Assembly (NCBI RefSeq): GCF_036588685.1
Contig: NW_026963294.1
Coordinates: forward strand, 5,022,001 to 5,086,000
Direction of reading: 5' to 3'
Length of the DNA: 64,000 bases
Source of the DNA: Mytilus trossulus
Lineage: Eukaryota
A program made the translations under genes and the position numbers. The notes below the pieces were generated by a model. That model was not told where the DNA came from, searched no databases, and saw only the letters and a list, made by a program, of their open reading frames with translations. Position 1 is the first letter of the stretch. Each line of letters starts with the position of its first letter. Below are positions 26,805 through 37,560 of the stretch, one piece after another.

Positions 26805-27111
26805 TCGTGGCCAAAATATTTGAAATCCAAAACTTATATAAAAGATGAACAGCTATAATCCAAAAGGTCAAAAAAGTATAGCCAAATCCGTGAAAGGAAT
26901 CAGAGCTTTGCATGAGGGAGATACATTCCTTAATTTATATTAATTTCTAATATTTTGTAACAGCACATTTTAATAACACAAAAAAGTCCGTATTTTCATG
27001 CTAGTACCGAAGAACTGGCTACTGGGCTGGTGATACCCTCGGGGACTGATAGTCCACCAGCAGAGGTATCGACCCAGTGGTAGTAATAAAATTAACGGTA
27101 CCAATTTTCTT

Positions 27112-27155
27112 GCACCAGATGCGCATTTCGACAATACATGTCTCTTCAGTGATGC
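27112..27155 (-). ncRNA. Minimal type I hammerhead ribozyme (intact core), second copy
   Basis: Identical to 26761-26804. Predicted cut between 27118 and 27117. Confidence 0.9.
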
Positions 27156-27332
27156 TCGTGGCCAAAATATTTAAACTGTGAATTTATGCTGAGTCATCAT
27201 ATTTAAGGCCCATGAATCTATCAATCTCCATTAAATATTTATAAAACTTCATATTTGTGATTAATTTCTTTAAAATCTGTGAAATGAAGCCAATTTGGTT
27301 AAATTCTGAATGTTCTCCCTTTTCATCCTATA

Positions 27333-27748
27333 TAGGTTGCATCTGTAAATATTGACAATGCAATTTCCCATAAACTCCTTTTACCACTTTTACAATGAAG
27401 TTTTGAAAAATTCTTATCCTAGAATTGAAAGTTCATATGCACCACAATTTTATTCAAAGGTCAAAGTGTAGGGCCGTTCGGCATATTTTCAACGTTTATA
27501 TGCCCTAAACTTCTCAGAGTATAAACTAACACTAAATGTTCCTAACTACCCCTACCTCGAATGAAAGTCTACCACAGATTTCAATGTAAACAATGTGCAC
27601 ATTTATATTTACTGGTATCATTCCCAAGTTATATCTCTGTGAGATGGAACACAGAGAGCATAACTGGGATCCAGTATGTAAACATACATTTGTTCTCTCC
27701 AAAAGAGGCGGGTTTTGAGAAACAGCTGTATTTTCAAAGTGAAACCTA
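27333..27748. mobile_element. MITE with TAGGTTGCA...TGAAACCTA ends, copy 2
   Basis: Same orientation as copy 1 and highly similar; TA on both flanks. Confidence 0.75.
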
Positions 27749-28051
27749 TAGTGTATAGTTCATTATATTTGTATACATTGAACATTGCATTGAAGTATCT
27801 CAAATATAACTATATTGTATATGAAGTTTGTTTCAAATGCTCATAACACAAGTGTTTTAAGAGCGAGCCAACTAATTTATTTTTTTAAAGTTTTGTCCTG
27901 GGAAATAAAAAAATATTGAAAAAAAGAGCGAAACCATGTCTAAGATAACAGCCGAAATATGCATACAAAGAAAAGAATAAACGTTTTTCTGGAGAAAAAA
28001 AATCACAAAGATCAACTGTAACATATTTTCTTTTAAGAGGTAATAATTACA

Positions 28052-28400
28052 TTAGATGTATGTTTCATTACTATACGTTATTCTGATTGGCTAACGGCAC
28101 ATCATGTGTTATTCCTTAAGCAGTTGTATCACTCATTAAAACTTATCATTCATGATGACACGAGGTCCCACAATAAAGTGCACAGGTAAATGAAATAAAA
28201 ACTTGATAAAAGGCGTGTTTTCATGATCCTATAGGTAAAAATGTAATTATAAGTATTGAATGCTTTTTTTTGTAACTTTATAGGGTTGTAAAGTAAAAGC
28301 GTTGACCGTGCGCACATTTTAAGTATGAAGCGCCAAAATGTACTTCGGTCAACGCTTTTACACCCCAATACATTTAGAAAAAAGAGCATTCAATTCTTAA
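28052..28400. mobile_element. Small hairpin-ended element (Crypton-like non-autonomous); a second copy at about 18205-18316 plus 21269-21510 is split by the IS3EU-like element
   Basis: ttctgattggct motif at one end and a long terminal palindrome (gtaaaag...gttgaccg...cggtcaacgcttttacacccc) at the other. No TIRs. Family label is from recalled architecture. Confidence 0.55.
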
Positions 28401-29106
28401 TTGAAAAGTAAGTGAAAACGGATAAATACCTCTTTTTTAAGGTTGGATGTTCGAAAAATTAATGTATGCTAGTGTAAAGTATGCATATGTCCCATTGACT
28501 TTTTAATGTCTGTTCGTGAATTATTTTCCTTTATGAGGCGAGTTTGAAAATGGTTTATAATAAAGAAAAGTCTATTTAACGTTAATCAACTATCCAATTT
28601 AACCAAGGGTTGAGAATATGAAATAGGGAACATGCAATAGATGAACGAATAATGGTGTAGACACCATACAAGCTCAATCAAGATTTATAGTACAAACCTA
28701 CTGGAAGAAAAACAATTTGTAAATGCAACGTTCTCGTGTCAGAAATAGCTGATATTGATAACTCTGTTAACAAAAATTTTGATATTTTTAAAACAAATCT
28801 TTCAGAACACACAAGACATATTTTAAAGTTTGAACCATTAATTGAATTGAGTATATATTCTTACTTGATATTTAGAATTGTTAGTAGGTTGTAGTCATGA
28901 AATGTTGAAAAAAGGTTTTAAATTTTGTCTCCTGCGTTGAGATATCACTATTACTTTAATATTGTGGATATAGATGTCTATATATGATTTCACTAGAATG
29001 TTTTATTACAATTGATGTTTTTCATAATACTTGATTTTACAATTTTCATTCAAAGATTCCCTTTATTATGTTACTATTGAAATAATCAGAATACACGTTT
29101 ACATAC

Positions 29107-29278
29107 CGAACGATGTCATGGGTAATGTGTCTCGGAAAATAGATGAATCTGTTTTTGTAATCATAGTCCATGGCGTACACAGTGTCACTCTGCTCCACAA
29201 GTACTGTTACATTGCCTGTATCAATATCAAACTCCATAATTGCATTGTAGGTTGAAAACAAAATTGTTCCTGTGAAAG
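29107..29278 (-). CDS. Exon of LRP/LDLR-like YWTD beta-propeller gene (first blade)
   Basis: Acceptor catttttcag, donor gtatgt, 172 bp, phase 1 to phase 2. Encodes FTGTILFSTYNAIMEFDIDTGNVTVLVEQSDTVYAMDYDYKNRFIYFPRHITHDIVR, an LDLR class B-like blade. Confidence 0.85.
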
Positions 29279-30082
29279 CTGAAAAATGACAGGAATACTC
29301 ATAAACATCTATACAACAAAAACCTTTATTTCTTTAATTGTTATTTAAATATATAATGTACGTCGTATATTTGCTATTTGAACAGGATTAACTGGTATCC
29401 CGCATAGTGTTTGAGTTTAAAAGGTAGACCAGATGATTGTTTTTCCATCGAACGATCGATCGTCGTTCAACATGTTGCATTATATCTTTGACCACTCAAA
29501 ATAGGAAGCATTGGCGAGGAGCCTATTCATTTGTACAGTGTACATATACACTGTTACAAGACTTGATTATAACAAAGTAGCATCATACGTATGTATCTCA
29601 AAAGGTTTGTTGGCTCAACGTTGACATATATATATATATATCTGTTTGTTTTAATAGTGATTAATATAACTACTATTTATAGTAATTTGACTGCTGTAAC
29701 ACTATTTTTCACATTTATACCTATCATTTCTGTTAGTTTTGTTCGGACATCGATGTCAAACTAATGGACACATTAATACGACTGTCATACAAGGTTTAGT
29801 TAGTTAGAACATAAGGTTAAATTTAAAATTTCTACATAAGAAGATGCCTGTTTCAAGTCAGGTATATGACACTTGTTTGATTTGTTTGAGTTTCTAATTT
29901 TGTCATTTGATTACCCACTTACGAATTTTCTCTGGAATTAAGTATATCTGTGATTTTACTTTTTTTTAATACTAACCGTTTTTAAAATATCTAGATTAAA
30001 CGGGGATATACACGTTTAGAGGTCAAGTTTGTGACCCTGTGAATAAACTCATCATATATACCAGGATTTAATTTAGTATATA

Positions 30083-30124
30083 CGCCAGACGCGCGTTTCG
30101 TCTTCAAAAGACTCATCAATGACG
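30083..30124 (-). ncRNA. Type I hammerhead with a C3U change, in a retrozyme fragment (about 30040-30165)
   Basis: RNA reads CGUCA UUGAUGA GUC UUUUGAA GAC GAAA CGCGCG UC UGGCG. Confidence 0.8.
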
Positions 30125-31008
30125 CTCGAATCCAAAAAAGTTTTTAAAAAAAGCCAAATAAAGATGCTCCTTTTAATAAATCTATTTATACAATGACCTT
30201 GCTTTAAGTTCTAATTATATTCATCTAAAAAGGTTAAAATATAAAATGTTATTTGAATGCAGACAAAACGGCAAACAACAACTGTAAACATATTGTTTTG
30301 ACTGAAGAAAAACATTTTTTAAGCTTTTATCATGTTTATCGTGCAGTTCTTTATGTTAAATTATACAGACAGGTTGCTCTTACTTATTTCAAGACATTAA
30401 TATCTTGTTGACCATTTATCGGTGTGTAAGAAATGTTGTTGTTTTGTTTTAAATACTTGGCAATTATAGATTTGCTGTTTGAAACAGTTGTGCTGCATTC
30501 TAAATTTTATAAGCAAACAGATGTGCCAAATTGGGAACGTGCGTCAACGGAAATATGTGCGCAACTCGAAATTGAGTAAACGAAGAGAGGAAATTACTAT
30601 GATATGTTTAACAGGGCAAGTTTTTCGTTAAGTAATATTTTGTACCTAAATTAGGCCGTTAGTTTTCTCGTTTGAATCTTTTTACATTTGTCATTTCGGG
30701 GCCTTTTATTGCGTGTTATGCAGTATGGGCTTTGCTTATTGTTGGAAGCTGTAGGGTGACCTATAGTTGTTAATTTCTGTATCATGTTTGGTTTATTGTG
30801 GAGAGTTGTCTCATTGGCAATCATACCACATATTCTTTTTTCATCAGTTATGCCTTAATGTTCATAAGGTAGTCTTCCTTAATCTGATTTATCGCATAAT
30901 ATTTTGTACCATGTTCTTAATTGTGTTTTTTTACATGATATGTAACATATTAAAACTTCACGGGAACATATTATCTAGTAAAGTAAATGTTTGCAAAGAT
31001 GCAGTGTA

Positions 31009-32458
31009 TACGGGGCGCCGAATGGGACTCTTGTGGTTTTGTACTCAAAATTCAATTTTGTACGGACAAAAGTGACTTTTGTTCAACAAAAATGAGTTCA
31101 GTTTAACAAAATTTGTATCATACTACAAATTTGAAATTTTGTCATACAAAATTATCTATCAGCGGACAAAAGTCACTTTTGTCATAACAAAATTCATTTT
31201 TGTTACACAGACTTGACTTTTGTTACCTAATTTGAAAATTGAGCGACAAAAGTCAATTTTGTATTTAAATTAGTTTAGTTTGGTTTCTGTGAACTAATTT
31301 GCATACAAAATCGACTTTTGTTACACAAAATTGACTTTTGTTACACAAAAATTACTTTTGTTACACAAAATTGACTTTTGTTACACAAAATTGACTTTTG
31401 TTACACAAAATTGACTTTTGTTACACAAAATTGACTTTTGTTACACAAAATTGACTTTTGTGAGACAAAATTGACTTTTGTCTCAACAAAATTGACAAAA
31501 TTGAATTTTGTCTCAACAAAATTAACAAAATTGAATTTTGTCTCAACAAAATTGACAAAATTGAATTTTGTCTCAAAATTGAATTTTGTCTCAACAAAAT
31601 TAACAAAATTGAATTTTGTCACAACAAAATTAACAAAATTGAATTTTGTCTCAACAAAATTGATTTTTGTCTCACGAAAGTCAATTTTGTCTCACGAAAG
31701 TCAATTTTGTCTCATAAAAGTCAATTTTGTTGTTACAAAATTGAATTTTGTCATCACAAAATTGAATTTTGTCGTCACAAAATTGAATTTTGTCGTCACA
31801 AAATTGACTTTTGTCTCAACAAAATTGACAAAATTGACTTTTGTCTCAACAAAATTGACAAAATTGACTTTTGTCTCAACAACATTAACAAAATTGACTT
31901 TTGTCTCAACAAAATTTACAAAATTGACTTTTGTCTCAACAAAATTAACAAAATTGACTTTTGTCTCAACAAAAATGACAAAATTGGATTTTGTCTCAAC
32001 AAAAATGACAAAATTGAATTTTGTCTCACAAAAGTCAATTTTGTCTCACAAAAGTCAATTTTGTCTCACAAAAGTCAATTTTGTCTCACAAAAGTTAATT
32101 TTGTTTCACAAAAGTCAATTTTGTCTCACAAAATTGAATCTTACCGTACACAATTGACTTTTGTGATTTAATTTCCATATCAGGTAACAAAAGTCAATTT
32201 TGTATGCAAATATGTTTATATTTGCATACCTTTAAGACAAAATTGACTTTTGTCATGACAAATATGAATTTTGTCTACAAAAATGAATTTTGTCATGACA
32301 AAAATGAATTTTGTCTACACAAATGAATTTTGTCATCACAAAATTGAAGTTCTCACAAAACAAGTCTGTAGCACATAGTTTTGTAAGACAAAAATGATTT
32401 TGTTATGACAGAATTGAATTTTGTACAAAACCACAAGAGTCCCATTCGGCGCCCCGTA
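31009..32458. mobile_element. IS3EU-like non-autonomous element filled with about 20-30-bp palindromic repeats
   Basis: Perfect TIR tacggggcgccgaatgggactcttgtggttttgtac (about 36 bp), 5-bp TSD gtgta, interior of ACAAAATTGA(C/A)TTTTGT units. Confidence 0.85.
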
Positions 32459-34335
32459 GTGTATGGTAAGAAATAGGCAAACGGTAAATCACAGAAAAAA
32501 CCATAACAAAAAAAAATCAATATCAAATGTACTGTGTATGTTAGACAAGATCAGATCACATGTAAATTGCTGTGAAATTGTATATTAATTGTATAAATAC
32601 TTGAAACGGGTACAACATGTGGAGCTGGATTTGATAAAGCCCTTCCGGAGCACATGAGATCACCCCGAACTTTTGGTAAGGTTCGTCTTTATTTTTCTTT
32701 GTTTTGTGTCGTGCAATATTTTGGTTTGCTTTCATTTTTATCCCTGGCGTTGTCAGTTTATTATTGATTTATGAGTTTGAATGACCCTCGGGTATATTTC
32801 GCCCCTTTCTTGGAAACGTTTCTGAGTTATGTTTGATTCAATGAAGCAAAGGAAACTAAAATCCCACAAAAATACCAAACTCGGAGGAAAATTCAAAAAG
32901 GAAAGTCATCAATCAAATGGCAAAATCAAAAGCTTAATACATCAAACAATTTGACAACAACTGTCTTATCCCCGACTTGGTACAGGCTATCTCCCACATA
33001 CGGAAAATTGCAGAACAAACCTAGTTTTAAAGCTAGATAAACCTCTCACTTTTATTGGGGTCCCATCAAATTACATTTCACAACATCTAAGAAAACAGCA
33101 TATGCAATAAGATCACTACATAAAGTTTTTTTTTTATTATTTAGCGGTTTTTTTTTCACATTCGAAAAATAATATATGTACTTTAGGACTTCAGAATTAA
33201 GCATAATTATGTTACCGTGTCAACATGGAAACGGATGAAATAAGGATTCGTTTTATCAGCAACTCAATTAATGTTTTACAACTGACGTTTGTTAAATGTT
33301 AAATACAAACATGGGTCGAATTCGTATGATAACCTTTTCATCCTTCTTCAAATAAAGAAATAATTAATTGTATTTTATTACACCTGCATGTTTATATATG
33401 TTTATCAACAACTGCGAAACTTATCATTCATTGTTTCATTTATACAAAATTAAGAATAAAATAACATAATCAAAAATGATATAAAAAAAAAAAAAATTTA
33501 GTGGTTCAACAGACGTATTCTTGTTGTAAGTTTGAAGATTAATCCTAACAATATAACATATAACAATCCAGATAAAAACAACCGACACAAACTGATAATG
33601 CAGGTGTGTGACGTGATTTCGAACGTTACATAATCTTTTATTAAATGATTGATGTTGTTCCTGTGCTGAATCGTTATTAATATGCCATAATCTTCGTCCT
33701 CATTTACATATGTTTGAACCTCCTCAGTTAATACAGAAAATATGAACCTTAGTTAAGACACCTTATCATCCATACATGTCTCTTATTGATTAGATATACA
33801 CGATTTCCACGTAATAAAGGACGCACACAAACAATTTTGAATTGTCATTTAAAACTGGTCTTCATGAAGTCGTATCTCAATTTACACCGGGATGTCGTCA
33901 ATGAAATTGGACACCCGTGATTTATCATGCCTTGTAAATAACAAATTGACAAATAGCAGAATACCCACTACTTATTTAAAAAAAAAAAAAAACATTCTGC
34001 ATTGACAGTTATAGCACATGTGATTAACCTCAAGTTGTATCGAGTACATGAAAAATACATATCTTAATAATCAATTTGACCATTTACTTTCCAGATTCAT
34101 TTCTAACCGATTTTCAACTCTTCAACAGTCTGAGTTTTAGAAAGGGATAATCAATGAATTTTGAAATTATAAATAGTGGTATGTCGGTAGCCTGGACATT
34201 TAATTATCTTCCAACGTCTAAAATGATGAGAATTATAAAAGATGAACTGAAAAGTAGACAGCTCTCTTACAAATACTTCCTAATATCTGTAAAGCTTGTC
34301 AGTACAAAATATAAAAATTTCACAAAAATACTCAC

Positions 34336-34396
34336 ATGATGGTTGTAGTTTGCAATGAAGTAAAAAACACATACACCACCAAACGTGTACCTCCAT
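34336..34396 (-). CDS. Putative first coding exon (signal peptide) of secreted LRP/LDLR-like YWTD beta-propeller protein
   Basis: gacgaaaATGG start. Encodes MEVHVWWCMCFLLHCKLQPS plus 1 nt, then a gtgagt donor. The phase-1 end joins the 29278 exon (T+CT=Ser, then FTGTILFST). Confidence 0.6.
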
Positions 34397-36309
34397 TTTC
34401 GTCAGTACTTATATTTCAACAAACAATATTTGATGTTTTTTGTTACCGTGAATCTAATAATAAAAACAATGTGTTCATGTAAGCGTTCATTTCTTTCAAG
34501 CATATTTTTTCCGGTATATGATCAATTATCACATATTTTACACCAATTCAAAAAGATGTATTGTAAGTCAAAGCAAGATAAATATCTAAGATATTTATTT
34601 ATTGCATCCCAAAGTTATGAGCCCGGTGTTAAATTATTTGGTGTTTTATTTACTAAAGGTAAATTGTAAATACACCCTCAAAATCAGTAGTATAAGACCG
34701 AAAATGCCCCTACCGAAATATTACCATTAATAATAATTACAGTTCATTGGTTTGGTCATCTCTATTTAAAACTCACACAGTAAAAGAGTTGAAATTCAAA
34801 CCAGACAGAAAATTTAAATTCTAACAGCCATTTTTGGATGTATATACACAATAAGTAAACATTGTTTTACCTATAAATTGCCAATATTGACTTCCATTTC
34901 ATTTTGGGGGTTTTGTGGAGTATGTTTGCCGTTGAGAGAAACATGATTTTAATAACTTTTTCTTACGATATAAGTCACGATTAAACTGTATTCTTGTGAT
35001 GCATATTTTTTTCACTCTTGTCACGTGTTATCTCATTCATAAGTCATTCTAATTTTGTTATATGAGACGTTAAAACTAAATTGTTACTTCTACTGAATGT
35101 ATTGTGGAAACAGACTATTGAATAGACCCTCACAAATCCACTAAAACCATACTTCTGTATCTATATTGTTACACAATTGTGGACCCTTTTCTTGTTTCGT
35201 TTACGTCCACATGACGAGGATTTTAGGATAAAACATTCCATTTAAACCAAACATGTATATAAAAATCTGCATTGGTGCAGTCTAGTGTGGTAAAATCAGT
35301 TAATGTGTATCAAACGGATCAATAAATCCAATCTCGAAAAAAATATGTGTATTCTACAGTGTAGTTTAAATAGATCTACAGTGAACACAAGATCATGCAT
35401 GTAGATTTGATGAGAGAAGTATACCGCTGTTCAATGGTCGATTAAGCGAAAAATAAGTCAGGGTCACAAGCCAAAAATTAAGGGAAACCCATCAACTATA
35501 AAAAGAAAAAATGAATGTCGCCCCAAAACTCAGACTTTGAACTCGTTTTAAACGAAATCGGTATCCCAAGTCAACCAAAAGGTGAACAATGTCACAAACA
35601 ATGGCTACGATAATGATTTGTTCACAATTGCACGTGAACATGATTGAAAATCAACACAAAACGTCATCTTTAAATAGTTTTGTTTATACCCATGCTAAGT
35701 CAATTTGTCATTTACCAAATGTTTCTAAAGATTGGTCCTTCCTCCAAGAAAACTATGTTGTTTTCGCCGCAGCTTAAGTCCCAAACTTCATTGCTTTTGT
35801 GTGTAAATCACATTACATAAACTGATTTATATATGAACTGGGTATTTACAATTCACTTAGAAACTAAATATATACCCTCTCGACCCTTTGATGAAAAACT
35901 GGATCACTCATCATTGTAATATATACCATGTATACCTTAACTCAAGTGTAGTTACAAACAATGACATTTTGTTGGATCTTCTAAGTGCTCTAAGAAACTT
36001 CTTGTCCTACATTATCAACATCAATTTAATCAGCAATCAAAGATGGGCTTCTAAGTTATTCCGAAACAACATATTCTAGAGTATGCGTACATTAGATGTT
36101 GATATCAAAAAATTCCAAAGAGTACATAATATCTAAGACTCATTTATCTTGCAATAGAATTTATATATACATTTGGCTTTCTACACTTTATATCAGTATT
36201 CAATATTCCAAATAAGAAGACAAATGGAAGAGTTTGTCCTGTTATGTTTCATAGAAAAGGATGGCCAATGTGGATACACGTAGCTTGTCTAAGTCAGGAA
36301 TAAATTATA

Positions 36310-37560
36310 CTGTGTAAGAAATCGCTCCGATTCTAACGAATAATTTCTCTGAAACTGACATTATCAAGATATTTGATTTCTTGATTGACAATATATTTGT
36401 TACGTTTGGAGGACATGTGCAATATGCATTTCAATTGGAATCAAAACTGTGCCCCTCTTTTTGTTGACTTGTTCTTAAATTCAAATGAGGCTGATTTCAT
36501 ACAGGAACTTCTAAGCAAGGAAGAAAAAAGTAATTAGCATTTTCCTTTTTTTTCATACTGCTACATGATGTACATAAATTATGCTTTCTAATATTTGTTT
36601 TATTTTCACATTTCGTGATCGGTGTGAGAAAAATATTTCTCCTCACTAGTGAATTATCTGTGTTCGGCAAATGATAAGTCAAAATTATGACGTCAAAATG
36701 TTCTGTTTTATTCTGAATTTTTCTTTGACGTCATGAAAAAGGCAACCATTCCTGGTGACGTCGCATTTAAAGACACAAGTTTCTGAAAATCTTAGAAAAA
36801 GAAGGATACAAATCATCAGAGAAACAGATTCCGATACTATTTCTCGTGTATTCCGTAATTTCGCCACTCTCGACAGTTAAATTTTAATTATTTAAAAAGC
36901 TCGGCAAGCCTGGAGTTTTGAAAAATAAAATGTAACTACAAATGTATCTCGAGTGGAGAAATATCGTTATACACTTGTTGCAGTGTAGGATATATATTTC
37001 TCACACTAAGTAATTGATATTATGGGGACTTTGTTGAACGCATCATTACCATCGAATTTGAGATAAAGAGTACAATAGATACAAGTTTGCCTCATATCTT
37101 GACTTGCAACTATAATTATAATGACAATGAGGGTTGATCAAAAACAAAACGATATGACAAAAAAGATGTTTTCAGTTTCTCGTATGTGAACATTCCATTT
37201 GAATGTAGCAACGTTCCAGCAGTGCTTGCATGCGGAGTATATAATTCCTAGTTGATATCTTCTAAGGTTTGTATTTTCTCTTATAATTTCCTCGAAAGGG
37301 TTGCTGCTCTTAAAGAAGCTAATATACAAAGAGTTCCAAGTGTTGAAGTTGAAATCATCCCTTCGTAAATTTTTTGAACGCCATCACGAGTTAGCGGACC
37401 GCCACAGAAAATCTTTTTCAAAAAAGATAGAGGGTATGTTAATATTCTGTAACTACAATATCGTCCCTTTTTATCGAATGAAACCTACCGAATTAGGTTT
37501 AAACTACATTTAACGATAGGTGCCACGTATTGAGCAGGATCTGCTAACCCTTCCGAAACA
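36310..37560 (+). mobile_element. Penelope-like element RT fragment, interrupted at about 36571-36996
   Basis: Degenerate FLIDNIFVTFGG...NCAPLFVDLFL...EADFIQELL, then YLDL...YDKKD...GVY.S. These match Penelope-type RT core and thumb motifs (Naiad/Chlamys-like, recalled). Confidence 0.75.
36571..36996. mobile_element. Hairpin-ended small insertion inside the Penelope RT
   Basis: Terminal palindrome ccactctcga...tctcgagtgg and internal tgacgtca inverted motifs. RT homology resumes on the other side. Confidence 0.6.

Larger units (their letters stand above)
26732..27172 (-). mobile_element. Non-LTR retrozyme: 351-nt monomer bounded by 90-bp direct repeats, each holding a hammerhead
   Basis: 26732-26821 is repeated at 27083-27172 (offset 351, one mismatch). 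Non-coding, structured interior. Confidence 0.85.

Noticed and set aside
31401-32171. Repetitive ORFs up to 239 aa (TKLNFVS repeats) on both strands
   Set aside because: They are translations of the palindromic array inside a TIR element and are open in several frames and strands.
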